Shown: positions 38,885 to 48,312 of the stretch, piece after piece | Layout of the letters: every line of letters begins with the position of its first letter | Numbering within the stretch: the stretch's first letter is position 1 | Source of the DNA: Dehalococcoidales bacterium | GTDB taxonomy: Bacteria; Chloroflexota; Dehalococcoidia; Dehalococcoidales; CSSed11-197 | DNA: 64,000 nucleotides | Direction of reading: 5' to 3' | NCBI GenBank assembly: GCA_028717385.1 | Contig: JAQUNW010000004.1 | Location: 4,756-68,755, forward strand | Program-made: the position numbers and the translations under genes | Notes under the pieces: model-generated | Told to the model about the DNA's origin: nothing | Seen by the model: the letters and a program-made list of their open reading frames with translations, nothing else | The model's database searches: none

Positions 38885-41800
38885 TACTAGTGCCGTTTGA
38901 AGAAACGACAGTCACTCCATTTGACCCCAGGATTTCAACCAGCTTTTTGTGTAATTGTGAAGTGTACTTTATCTCGGTATCCGGCAGTTCCATCCAATAA
39001 ATACGGCTGCCATTGTTAACCACCATCCCTACCTTGTCATCACCGGGGTATTTTTTTAACACATTGATTAAATGATCCAGACGCTCTAAATCAGCTTCTT
39101 CGTCTTCTGTCTGATCCATATGCAATATCACCCTTTTTCTATCTTCAGATGTACCGGTATCATGACTAGAAAATTGAATCAAATCTTTCTCCTCGGGTCT
39201 AGTATTAAGTTCGTAGGTACTAACGCTATCGGCAACTAGCTGGACGCTATCACCTCTGGCTTTAATCTTTCCCTGCACCAGCAAGATATTCCCTTCCTGC
39301 CATAATTCCTTTGAGGCAGCATAAACCCTTGGCCAGGCTACCACCTCAATGCTTCCCTCCATATCTTCCAGCGCCGCACTTACAGATGCCTTGCCATCAC
39401 GCGTGGTCAAATTACGCACTGAAGCAACCATACCGGCCACAACGGCTGTTTTATCCTCCATCTCTTCATCAATCTGGCCGCAAAGAACAATATCTGCATC
39501 TGCTTTCGCCTGTGTTGCGTATGGGCTAAATGGATGCTCGGATAAATAAACCCCCATAAGTTCTTTTTCCCAGCCTAGTTTTTCTTTTAGTGCCACCTGA
39601 GATACCTCAAACTCGAGGTTCGGCAGAGGCGTTTCTGCCTCTGAGCCCCACAAGTCAAACATGGTAGTCTGCCCGGTGCTTTTCAATTTTTGCTGTCTTT
39701 CCGAAAGAGACATGACTTTCGGCAGGCCAGCCAGTAGTGTACCACGATCACCAAACACATCGAATGCGCCTGCTTTGACCAGACTTTCCAATGCCCGCCG
39801 GTTGATGGCGCTTAAGTTTACCCTCCGGCAGAGATCTTCAATCGACGCAAAAGCCCCGTTTTTATTCCTCTCTTCAACCAACGGCTCTACAGCATTTGTG
39901 CCGACATTTTTAATCCCAGACAATCCAAAGCGTATCGCCATAGCTCCATCTTCTTGCTCTTCAATGGCAAAATCAAGTTCGCTATGATTTATACAAGGGG
40001 ACAGCACTTGTATGCCTAAATTACGGCACTCTCCAAAAGCAGTAGCCAATTTTTCTGAATGTCCAAGGTAAGAAGTCAACAGGGCAGTCATATACTCCAC
40101 CGGATAATTAGCCTTCAAATAAGCAGTTTGATACGCTACAAGCGCATAGCTTACAGCATGAGCTTTGTTGAAGGCATATCCGGCGAAAGGTTCAATAAGA
40201 GAAAACACTTCATCTGCAACTTTTTCCGGATACCCAAGCTTGAGCGCGCCTTCAATGAAGTTGCTGCGCTCTTTTTTCATTGCGCCAGCAATTTTCTTCC
40301 CCATGGCTTTGCGGAATATATCCGCTTGGCCCAAAGTGTATCCGGCAAACGCCCTTACAATAAAAAGCACCTGCTCCTGGTAGACTATCACGCCATAGGT
40401 TTCTTCCAAGATATCTACCAGTACCGGATGCGGGTAATGAATGGGTTCCAGACCATGTTTAGAGTTGATAAAATGGGGTATCTGCTCCATTGGGCCAGGC
40501 CTGTATAAGGCAACCATGGCAGCAATATCTCCGAACGTTGTGGGTTTCAGCTCACGTATGTAACGGCGCATACCGCTTCCTTCCAGTTGAAAAACTCCGG
40601 CCGTTTCTCCGCTGGAGAGTAGTTTATAGGTTTTGGCATCTTCGAGTGGGATTTTGGTAAGATCGATCTTCTCACCCCGGGTTTGCAGAATAATATCACG
40701 AGCCTTCCCTAAAATGGTTAAGTTCACCAACCCCAGAAAATCCATCTTCAATAATCCGATTTTGGCAATATCACCCATCGGATACTGCGTCATAACCAGG
40801 CCATTGTTATCTCCCCGAGAAAGCAACTGGAGCGGACAGTGGTCGGTAAGCGGCTCGCGGGCTATGACTACTCCTGCCGCATGTGTAGACGCATGACGAC
40901 TCAAGCCTTCTACTCTTTTAGCAGTTTCGAGGACATTGTTTACCGAAGCGTCCCTGCTTTTTAACTGTCGCAGCTCTTCGCTCATTTCCAGCGCCTTATC
41001 TATAGTCATTCCCGGGGAAAAAGGCACCAGCCGTGCGATACGATCAACATCACCATACGGCATCCCCAGCGCGCGACCCACATCTCTTATAGCCGCTCGG
41101 GCACCCATTGTTCCAAAGGTTATAATCTGAGCTACGTGATCAGCCCCATATTTTCGAGAAACATAGTTAATCACTTCATCCCGTCGTGTATCGGCAAAAT
41201 CAAGGTCAATATCCGGCATTTCTCGCCTTTCGATATTCAAAAACCTTTCAAAAACCAGCTTGTGCTCGATCGGATCAACTTCGGTTATTCCAAGACAACG
41301 AAGAACTATTGATGACGCAGCGCTACCCCGCACATTAAATAAAATGCCTTCACGGCGTACAAACGACACAATGTCCCATACTACCAGAAAATAATTGGCA
41401 AAGTCTGTCTGACGGATAACATCAAGCTCATAATTAAGCCGATCTTGAATCTCATCATTGGCATTGGGATAATAACGCTCTAATCCAGCAGAGCAAAGGT
41501 CTTTAAGATATTGAAGGGGAGTTTTTCCTTCAGGTATATCAATCTGCGGTAAGTGCAGTCTGCCGAAATCAATCTCAAGATTACACTTTTCGGCAATTTT
41601 ATTGCTATTTTCGATCGCTTCAGGTATATCGCTGAACTGCTCTGTCATTTCCTCAGAGCTTTTCAGATAGAAGTAGTCACCCCCCATTTTTTTCCGCTTT
41701 TCTTCAAACACGGTGGCATTGGTGCCAATGCACAAGAGCAAGTCATGAGGACTGGAATCCCCGGGGAAGATATAATGCACGTCATTGGTTGCCACCATAG

Positions 41801-42389
41801 GTATTCCGAGTTCCCTGGCAAGTGGTACCAGCTGCTTGTTCACCTGTTCGAGTTCGGGAATTGGGTGGCGTTGCAGTTCAATATAAAAATCTTCCCCGAA
41901 TACACGTTGATACCAAAGAGCAGCCTCACGAGCTTCAAGCAGGCGGTTACTTAAAATAAGCTTGGGTATTTCGCCGGCTATGCATGCCGTTAGAGCAATC
42001 AAACCTTCGCTATGTTTTTCCAGGATTTCTTTATCCATCCTGGGTCTATAGTAAAAACCTTCAGTATTTGCCAGACTGACAAGCCGTATCAAGTTCTTGT
42101 ATCCGGTACTATTTTTCGCTAGCAACACCAAATGATAATTTTCCCGATCTGCGCTGGTCTTGCTATGCCTGCTGCCGTTTGCCAGATAAGCTTCACAGCC
42201 AATAATAGGCTTGATGCCGGCTTCTTTGGCTGCCTGATAGAACTGGATAGCACCATGGAGTACCCCATGGTCGGTAATGGCAATGGCATCCATACCGAGA
42301 TCTATTGCTCGTTGAACAAGTTCCGGAATGCGGCACATGGCATCAAGGAGGCTGTATTCGGTGTGGACATGGAGATGAGTATGTTTCAC
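38871..42389 (-). CDS. dnaE: DNA polymerase III alpha subunit
   Basis: 1172 aa. A PHP domain (MKHTHLHVHTEYSLLD) is followed by polymerase core, HhH and OB domains. Confidence 0.97.
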   Translation of the reverse strand: MKHTHLHVHTEYSLLDAMCRIPELVQRAIDLGMDAIAITDHGVLHGAIQFYQAAKEAGIKPIIGCEAYLANGSRHSKTSADRENYHLVLLAKNSTGYKNLIRLVSLANTEGFYYRPRMDKEILEKHSEGLIALTACIAGEIPKLILSNRLLEAREAALWYQRVFGEDFYIELQRHPIPELEQVNKQLVPLARELGIPMVATNDVHYIFPGDSSPHDLLLCIGTNATVFEEKRKKMGGDYFYLKSSEEMTEQFSDIPEAIENSNKIAEKCNLEIDFGRLHLPQIDIPEGKTPLQYLKDLCSAGLERYYPNANDEIQDRLNYELDVIRQTDFANYFLVVWDIVSFVRREGILFNVRGSAASSIVLRCLGITEVDPIEHKLVFERFLNIERREMPDIDLDFADTRRDEVINYVSRKYGADHVAQIITFGTMGARAAIRDVGRALGMPYGDVDRIARLVPFSPGMTIDKALEMSEELRQLKSRDASVNNVLETAKRVEGLSRHASTHAAGVVIAREPLTDHCPLQLLSRGDNNGLVMTQYPMGDIAKIGLLKMDFLGLVNLTILGKARDIILQTRGEKIDLTKIPLEDAKTYKLLSSGETAGVFQLEGSGMRRYIRELKPTTFGDIAAMVALYRPGPMEQIPHFINSKHGLEPIHYPHPVLVDILEETYGVIVYQEQVLFIVRAFAGYTLGQADIFRKAMGKKIAGAMKKERSNFIEGALKLGYPEKVADEVFSLIEPFAGYAFNKAHAVSYALVAYQTAYLKANYPVEYMTALLTSYLGHSEKLATAFGECRNLGIQVLSPCINHSELDFAIEEQEDGAMAIRFGLSGIKNVGTNAVEPLVEERNKNGAFASIEDLCRRVNLSAINRRALESLVKAGAFDVFGDRGTLLAGLPKVMSLSERQQKLKSTGQTTMFDLWGSEAETPLPNLEFEVSQVALKEKLGWEKELMGVYLSEHPFSPYATQAKADADIVLCGQIDEEMEDKTAVVAGMVASVRNLTTRDGKASVSAALEDMEGSIEVVAWPRVYAASKELWQEGNILLVQGKIKARGDSVQLVADSVSTYELNTRPEEKDLIQFSSHDTGTSEDRKRVILHMDQTEDEEADLERLDHLINVLKKYPGDDKVGMVVNNGSRIYWMELPDTEIKYTSQLHKKLVEILGSNGVTVVSSNGTSNGIG

Positions 42390-42496
42390 AATGCTAATTA
42401 TAACAATGGCTGCCAGGTTTATAAAGCCGGGTCTGGCTGGCTAGGCCAGACAACTTTAATTTAATTATTGTAAAATAGTCAGAGAAAGGAATAAAT

Positions 42497-43180
42497 ATGA
42501 AGTATTTCAACCTGCTATCCAAATTTCTATTGGTAGTTTGTCTGCCAGTTCTGTTTCTAACTGCCAGTATTGCAATTGCTTTTAATAGTCAGTGGGTATA
42601 TCAGAGAGGATTTAATAAATATGACATTGAGGTTGTTACCGGTATTGAAAAATCCGAGTTAAAAAAAGCCAGCCAGGAATTAATCAGGTATTTCAACTCA
42701 TCAGAAGAGTTAGCGGAAATCACGGTCATTAAAAATGGGCAGCTGTTTACATTGTTTAACGAAAAGGAAGTGCTGCACCTTAAAGACGTGAAGGATTTGG
42801 TAAATCTGGACTATACCGCACTTGTGCTTTCAAGCCTATATGTACTGGGCTTTTGCGCTGTTTCCCTCGCACTGAAACCATCCGGACAGGGCATGATCCT
42901 ACGCAAGTTTGCTTTTGGAAGTCTATTGACTTTGTTGGCAATAACAGCGACTGGAATTATCGCACTGATGGACTTCAACTGGCTGTTTTTACAGTTTCAT
43001 CTTATCAGTTTTACTAATGATCTCTGGTTGCTCGATCCGGCTACAGATTACCTAATCATGATGTTTCCGCAGGGTTTTTGGTTTGATGCTGCTCTGTTAG
43101 TAGCTGGTTTGACCGCCGGAGGAGCGCTGCTAACAGGAGCTTCATCCTTATTGTTGGCGAGCCGGCAACAGCGGGATTAA
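42497..43180 (+). CDS. integral membrane protein, TIGR01906/DUF1461-like (Lit-like)
   Basis: 227 aa with TM helices. The pattern ..NE.EV.HL.DVK.L matches what I recall for DUF1461. This is a family call from memory only. Confidence 0.55.
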   Translation: MKYFNLLSKFLLVVCLPVLFLTASIAIAFNSQWVYQRGFNKYDIEVVTGIEKSELKKASQELIRYFNSSEELAEITVIKNGQLFTLFNEKEVLHLKDVKDLVNLDYTALVLSSLYVLGFCAVSLALKPSGQGMILRKFAFGSLLTLLAITATGIIALMDFNWLFLQFHLISFTNDLWLLDPATDYLIMMFPQGFWFDAALLVAGLTAGGALLTGASSLLLASRQQRD

Positions 43181-43641
43181 AAACACCCCAGCTGGCAGAC
43201 GGAAACCTTAAAATCCCGGGCATTTATTTCGTTGGAAATGTCCATCGGCTTTAGCTTGTACTTGCGGGCAAGCTCAAATACTGCTTCACAGGTCAATCGG
43301 CCAGCCGATTCAAGTTGGTTGATTTCTGCAACCACTTCCCCGTCCATCCTTTTCATTTCAATATCTTCGAAAGGAGTTTTATCAACTTTAAAGCAGCCAA
43401 TCTGACAATCGATCACCCTGCGGCCCATTTTATCAACGATCGCACCAACCGCGATCCTTGGGACTCCAGCATCCCTGGCAATTTTCCAGGCCAGCGGGCA
43501 CGGCATATATCCATCCTTCAGTGAAGCACTTATGACACTTTCCAGCTCTGCAAGTTTTTCTGCGGGTAGATTGGCAGGATTTTCCGATAATTGTATCCTC
43601 CCACGTTTTTTCGTTTTATCTTTCTCGTTGAAGTCTCTCAT
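43177..43641 (-). CDS. hypothetical protein with two tandem Cys-rich repeats, each ending in C-Q-[IL]-G-C-F
   Basis: Repeat A is ..PCPLAWKIARDAGVPRIAVGAIVDKMGRRVIDCQIGCF. Repeat B is ..TCEAVFELARKYKLKPMDISNEINARDFKVSVCQLGCF, which forms the C-terminus. I trimmed the start to the ATG at 43641, preceded by AAGGAAGG; the track ATG is at 43662. Confidence 0.6.
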   Translation of the reverse strand: MRDFNEKDKTKKRGRIQLSENPANLPAEKLAELESVISASLKDGYMPCPLAWKIARDAGVPRIAVGAIVDKMGRRVIDCQIGCFKVDKTPFEDIEMKRMDGEVVAEINQLESAGRLTCEAVFELARKYKLKPMDISNEINARDFKVSVCQLGCF

Positions 43642-43693
43642 GTCTACCTTCCTTGATTTCATTTAGATGGATTGAGAAATTAACTGTAAATCC

Positions 43694-43728
43694 GGGTAGA
43701 TTCTACCCCCGAATTTCGCAAAAGACAA
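43694..43728 (-). promoter_or_regulatory. candidate promoter with a perfect 7-1-7 palindromic operator over the -10 box
   Basis: On the minus strand: TTGTCT (43728-23), 17 nt, TAGAAT (43705-00). The palindrome GGGTAGA-A-TCTACCC (43708-43694) embeds the -10 box. Confidence 0.45.
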
Positions 43729-43843
43729 ATCATGCGGCAATTAAAAGACGATATCGCACCATGCTCCGCTTGCCTGTAAATATTACACAGGCATACAGTA
43801 AAACGCCTGCGTACTTGCCGGAAAACAAACCGAAGAACAATTA

Positions 43844-44581
43844 TTACATATGGAGGATTTTACTTAAAAAAGACCGAGTACGTTCATGAGTGGGATCGGT
43901 AAAAAATACGTCAGGGGGCGCTTCTTCAATAATCTGGCCTTCATCCATAAAAATTACTCTTTGCGCAGCAGCCCGGGCAAAACCCATCTCATGAGAAACG
44001 ACCAGCATTGTCATTCCTTCGCTTGCCAGTGAGCCCATCACATCAAGAACCTCTTTTATCATTTCAGGATCAAGAGCAGATGTGGGCTCATCGAATAACA
44101 TAACCCTCGGATTCATCGCTAAAGCCCTTGCGATAGCCACACGCTGCTGCTGGCCACCGGATAGCTGAGATGGATAGCTCCGCGCTTTTTCAGGTATCCC
44201 CACCTTTACAAGCAGCTCCTGGGCAATTTTTTCAGCTTCCTCTTTGGTTCGCTTGCGTACAATAGTCTGCGCAAGTATCAAGTTCTGAAGAACTGTAAGG
44301 TGCGCGAAAAGATTAAACGACTGGAACACCATTCCTACTTCGCGACGCACCGCATTAATGTTCTGGTTGGTATCCAACGGTATTCCATCAACAACTATGC
44401 TGCCTTTATCATATTCTTCCAGGCGGTTAATACAACGCAGTAAAGTTGATTTGCCAGAACCAGAAGGACCTACTATCACAATGACTTCGCCTTCTTCGAC
44501 AGTCAGGTTTACTCCCTTAAGAGCTTCAACATGCCCAAAGCTTTTGTATACGTCCTTTATTTCTATGATAGCTTGCGCCAT
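43844..44581 (-). CDS. polar amino-acid ABC transporter, ATP-binding protein
   Basis: Walker [10 protein letters not shown], signature [15 protein letters not shown] and Walker [12 protein letters not shown] are present. I trimmed the start to the ATG at 44581, abutting the permease stop. Confidence 0.94.
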   Translation of the reverse strand: MAQAIIEIKDVYKSFGHVEALKGVNLTVEEGEVIVIVGPSGSGKSTLLRCINRLEEYDKGSIVVDGIPLDTNQNINAVRREVGMVFQSFNLFAHLTVLQNLILAQTIVRKRTKEEAEKIAQELLVKVGIPEKARSYPSQLSGGQQQRVAIARALAMNPRVMLFDEPTSALDPEMIKEVLDVMGSLASEGMTMLVVSHEMGFARAAAQRVIFMDEGQIIEEAPPDVFFTDPTHERTRSFLSKILHM

Positions 44582-44582
44582 G

Positions 44583-45407
44583 TTAACTTCCACGCCTCGA
44601 TCGTTTTTCAATGTAGGAAACCACTCGCGCTGCGACCAGAGTGAGTACCAGATAGAGCAAAGCTACCATCAGCCAAGTTTCAATAGGATTAAAATGGGCA
44701 GACATAAACTCTCTTCCTTTTCTGGTAATGTCTGCCACAGCTACTACGCTAACCAGTGAAGAATCTTTTAACAGCGCAATAAATTCATTCCCCATAGGGG
44801 GTAATATCACCCTGAATGCCTGTGGTAACACCACATAGCGCATAGCCTGAAAATGACTCATGCCAAGAGACCTTGCGGCTTCCATTTGTCCTTTTGGAAT
44901 ACTCTGGATACCGGAACGAACAATTTCGCTCATATAAGCTCCGTAGCATACCGTAATAGCTATAATAGCCGTAAGGATCGGATTTGCACGATAGTTAATT
45001 AGTGGCGCCCAGTTAAGCCAAACTCCAATTTTTTGTATGACTACCGGAGAGGCGAAATACCAGGCGATCAGCTGAACAAGCAAGGGTATGCCACGAACAA
45101 TTTCTACGTAGAGAGAGGAAATTCCAAAGATAAGCTTGTTCTTGGAAAGTCGGCCCAACCCTCCAAACAAGCCAAGAATCAGCATTAAAAAATAGCTCGC
45201 AATAGTTACCAGAATGGTTACCAGAATCCCTTCCCGGGCAAAGACAACTATTTCCTTGAAAGGTACCGGGGCGAGCATGACCAGCAAAATTATGATGGCG
45301 ATAACCGCCGCTACCAGCCACCACCAGGGATCCTGACGTATATTGACCTCACCCCCGGTGACGAAGCTTAACTCACTAATAGGTTCATTCTTTTCTTTTT
45401 GTTCCAT
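44583..45407 (-). CDS. polar amino-acid ABC transporter permease (His/Glu/Gln/Arg family)
   Basis: 274 aa. The EAA-type loop ..[19 protein letters not shown] is present. Confidence 0.92.
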   Translation of the reverse strand: MEQKEKNEPISELSFVTGGEVNIRQDPWWWLVAAVIAIIILLVMLAPVPFKEIVVFAREGILVTILVTIASYFLMLILGLFGGLGRLSKNKLIFGISSLYVEIVRGIPLLVQLIAWYFASPVVIQKIGVWLNWAPLINYRANPILTAIIAITVCYGAYMSEIVRSGIQSIPKGQMEAARSLGMSHFQAMRYVVLPQAFRVILPPMGNEFIALLKDSSLVSVVAVADITRKGREFMSAHFNPIETWLMVALLYLVLTLVAARVVSYIEKRSRRGS

Positions 45408-45455
45408 TTATTAAACCAAGGGAGGGTTCAATTGAACCCTCCCACAATTGTTCTA

Positions 45456-46193
45456 TTAATCAACCAGCCATTTTTCAACAAGCTGGTCTATCACGCCTTT
45501 GGCTTTGACTTCAGCCAATGCTGCGTTTATCTTTGACATTAACTCGTCGCTTCCCTTGGGCATAGCAATACCATACTCTTCGGTGGTCAATACTTCGCCT
45601 ACCGTTTTCAAGGTATCATACTTGTTTACATAGCCGGAAGCAACTGGAGTATCGCAGACAACTGCATCAACCTGGTTATTCATAAGAGCTACAAAAGCCA
45701 TGCCGATTTCATCGTACCCGGTTACATTGACGCCATCCATTGCGCTTACTTCATCATCCCCGGTAGTACCGGACTGAACGCCAACCTTTTTACCGACAAG
45801 GTCGCCAGCTCCTGTCATCGTGCTGTCAGTCCTGGCAACGATGATCTGCCCTGCAATATAATACGGATCAGAAAAATCCATGTCAGCCTTACGCTCTTCC
45901 TTAATAGTTATGGATGAAATGGCTGCATCATAGGTACCTTGTGCCACACCAGCAAGCAGCGGGTCCCATTCAACGTTAATCCACTCAACTTCAAGACCGG
46001 CTTCTTCTGCGATTGCATTGAAAAGATCGACATCGAAGCCAACTATTTCGCCAGTCGTTGTATCAACATATTCAAAAGGCGGCCAGGTAGCATCAGTAGC
46101 TACACGAATCTTGCCGGTATCGCCACCACAACCCGGCAACAGTAACCCGGCTACGAGCACAGTAGCCAACAACAACCATAATATACGTTTCAT
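45456..46193 (-). CDS. amino-acid ABC transporter substrate-binding lipoprotein
   Basis: 245 aa. A signal peptide with lipobox LLPGC and the family 3 SBP pattern (..PPFEY.., GFDVDL.NAIA) are present. Confidence 0.9.
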   Translation of the reverse strand: MKRILWLLLATVLVAGLLLPGCGGDTGKIRVATDATWPPFEYVDTTTGEIVGFDVDLFNAIAEEAGLEVEWINVEWDPLLAGVAQGTYDAAISSITIKEERKADMDFSDPYYIAGQIIVARTDSTMTGAGDLVGKKVGVQSGTTGDDEVSAMDGVNVTGYDEIGMAFVALMNNQVDAVVCDTPVASGYVNKYDTLKTVGEVLTTEEYGIAMPKGSDELMSKINAALAEVKAKGVIDQLVEKWLVD

Positions 46194-46330
46194 GTATCCC
46201 CCCTTATTGTATTTTCTTTTGGATTATTTACTTCTCAGCGATAATTTAAACAAGTTTAGAAGTTTACTCTATTTTTATAAGCTGTGTCCAGATTTAAGCA
46301 GCATTCTACCTCAATCCAGGATACTCTGCC

Positions 46331-46370
46331 GAAAAATAAGTTACCCGCCAAAAAAAATTTGGCGGGTAAC
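46331..46370 (-). terminator. intrinsic terminator downstream of rplY
   Basis: Stem GTTACCCGCC (46340-49) / GGCGGGTAAC (46361-70). TTATTTTTC follows on the minus strand. Confidence 0.75.
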
Positions 46371-46405
46371 GGATAATACCAAAACCAGCTAAAAAGACGG
46401 TAAAA

Positions 46406-47053
46406 CTATGCCTCTGCTGCTCCAGTATCAGCTTCCTTACCAACAACTTCAGTTTCGGAAACGGCTTTTTCTTCTTCTCCCTCTTCGGCTTCATCCTTGG
46501 CTGACTGGGTAACCCTAACAATAGCATGATCACCTGGAGTAATAATTTCCACGCCCTCTTCAGGCTGCAAATCAGAAACATAAATCGTTTGGCCAGCTTC
46601 AGTCAGCACGCTGATATCAACCTCGATGTGAGGAGGCAATTTATCAGGAAGACATTCAATCTGGATTTCGTTAAGTTGATGATCCAAAAAGTTCTCACTA
46701 TATTCTAACGCGGGCGCTTGACCGATAAGTAATACAGGTATATCGGCTGAAATTTTTTGGCTCATATTTACCTGGTACAAATCAACATGCACCAGACTCT
46801 GGCTAAGGGAATGCCGAGATACGTTTTTTATCAGTACGTTACGATTATTGTTTTCACCTTCCACATCAAGTAAAATAATTCGTGAAGTACCCCCCTTGAT
46901 GATTAGTTCCAAGTCTTTCTCTCCCAATTCGAGCGCAAGAGAATCAACGCCTTGTCCGTATACATTAGCGGGAACGATACCATCCCGTCTTAAAAACCGT
47001 GTTCTCTTACCAAATAACTTGCGTTTACCGGCTTTAAGGACTGCTTTTTTCAT
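46406..47053 (-). CDS. rplY: 50S ribosomal protein L25 / general stress protein Ctc
   Basis: 215 aa. The pattern ..R...GK...R.LRR.G..PA..YG is present, with an acidic C-terminal tail. Confidence 0.92.
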   Translation of the reverse strand: MKKAVLKAGKRKLFGKRTRFLRRDGIVPANVYGQGVDSLALELGEKDLELIIKGGTSRIILLDVEGENNNRNVLIKNVSRHSLSQSLVHVDLYQVNMSQKISADIPVLLIGQAPALEYSENFLDHQLNEIQIECLPDKLPPHIEVDISVLTEAGQTIYVSDLQPEEGVEIITPGDHAIVRVTQSAKDEAEEGEEEKAVSETEVVGKEADTGAAEA

Positions 47054-47203
47054 ATATTTTCTCCTCTATTCGGAATACAGATTGCTTTTTATTATACCAC
47101 TTTACAGACTTGAACCGCATCCACATTTGCTAGACACCCCCCCCTAACCATCGATACTCTAATACGTTATATATCAGAGGGTATTTTTGGAGGAGGGGGC
47201 GAT

Positions 47204-47356
47204 ATGCAAAGACAATTCATAAAAATCAAGGCAAGCCGCCACTATACACAGAACGAAGTTCCGGTGATAGACTGGGCACTCGTAAGTTGTATTTGCGCCG
47301 CCGTGTTTTTGACCATAATTATCATTTGGGGCATCGGACAAGCGCTCGGACTCTGA
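47204..47356 (+). CDS. hypothetical small membrane protein (50 aa)
   Basis: Not in the ORF track. ATG at 47204 is preceded by GGAGGAGGGGG. The sequence MQRQFIKIKASRHYTQNEVPVIDWALVSCICAAVFLTIIIIWGIGQALGL has one clear TM helix. Confidence 0.45.
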   Translation: MQRQFIKIKASRHYTQNEVPVIDWALVSCICAAVFLTIIIIWGIGQALGL

Positions 47357-47614
47357 TCACTCAAACATTGGCTTTAACTCATCTTCGTGAGTAACAAGCT
47401 CTTTTTTCTCTTCCGAGGTCAACCGGACCGTGTATACGTAAAAAACCTGGCTTCGATCAGGACTGTAAATATAATAATAATCTTCTATAGTGGCAGTTTT
47501 TCCTGCGTAGGGTTCAATTGCAGCATCCCCAGGGGTTCGTTCTTGTTTAACCGGCTGTATGATAACCCTTTGCCCGGTATGAAACTTTGGTGCCCTTACA
47601 GTTTCACCTGCCAT
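47357..47614 (-). CDS. hypothetical protein
   Basis: 85-aa ORF. I recognise no family. Confidence 0.45.
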   Translation of the reverse strand: MAGETVRAPKFHTGQRVIIQPVKQERTPGDAAIEPYAGKTATIEDYYYIYSPDRSQVFYVYTVRLTSEEKKELVTHEDELKPMFE

Positions 47615-47718
47615 TATAGCTCACCATAATAGTCACACCCCTTGTGGTTGTCAATAGGGCGACTCGCCAATTTCTCTTTCGATCAAACTATAACGGACTT
47701 TAAACCCTATCCAGAAAA

Positions 47719-48135
47719 CTATAGCAGCCCCCAGTCTATATACCCCTTTTGGATGACTTTCAGGTACTCCGGGGATGGTTTTTCCGCCTTGCTCTGTTGT
47801 TTCAACGTATATGTAAAAGCCTCAACAGCTTCACCGGTGTCTTTAAAAACAATTACTTTGATCCTGTCATTAATTGCCGGAAAGCCTTTCTCTCGATCCA
47901 GCTTTGCCAGATCGCTCTCGTCAATTTCGTACACCCCTCCCAGTACCTTCTCACGACCAGCGCGTTTTATATTAGCGATAGCACCGCGCCACTCCCTGGA
48001 CCAACCAGTAAATATCAACTGGAAATTGGGTAAGCTGGCACTAAACCGCGGCTTGGCGGTTGGGCAACATACAGTCATAAGCCGGCGGTCCAAGTGCGTA
48101 TCATATGCAAAATAAAGCAAGCAGTTAGTTCCCAA
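47719..48135 (-). CDS. gamma-glutamylcyclotransferase (AIG2/GGACT-like) family protein
   Basis: 138 aa. The N-terminal ..LYFAY(D/G)..L motif and overall length fit the GGCT fold. Confidence 0.7.
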   Translation of the reverse strand: MGTNCLLYFAYDTHLDRRLMTVCCPTAKPRFSASLPNFQLIFTGWSREWRGAIANIKRAGREKVLGGVYEIDESDLAKLDREKGFPAINDRIKVIVFKDTGEAVEAFTYTLKQQSKAEKPSPEYLKVIQKGYIDWGLL

Positions 48136-48145
48136 ATTTCCCCGT

Positions 48146-48298
48146 TTAAATAGCTGCCAGAACCATGATTATCCCGACGACCAGCAGATAGCCGCCGATT
48201 AAGTAAGCTATAAGCCGCGGCTAGATAATAATCACGAGTCCAACAACAATACTTATTATGCCCGATATCAATCCCGCATTATCAGCCAGAAAACCCAT
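48146..48298 (-). pseudogene. DUF3096-like small membrane protein interrupted by an in-frame TAG
   Basis: My reverse translation is MGFLADNAGLISGIISIVVGLVIII*PRLIAYLIGGYLLVVGIIMVLAAI*. The TAG is at 48221-23. SD AAGGAGG lies 5 nt before the ATG at 48298. The combined sequence resembles the DUF3096 pattern (..ILI.PRLL.YIV..YLI..GI.). Confidence 0.55.
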
Positions 48299-48312
48299 TC
48301 CAGCCTCCTTAT

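Noticed and set aside
48221-48223. Pyrrolysine or other genome-wide reassignment of TAG
   Set aside because: TAG is used as an ordinary terminator by clearly complete genes in this window (rpmJ at 1547-49, aroE-aroK at 21737-39, apgM at 35485-87). No pyl genes are visible. A local nonsense mutation, sequencing error or read-through is more parsimonious.
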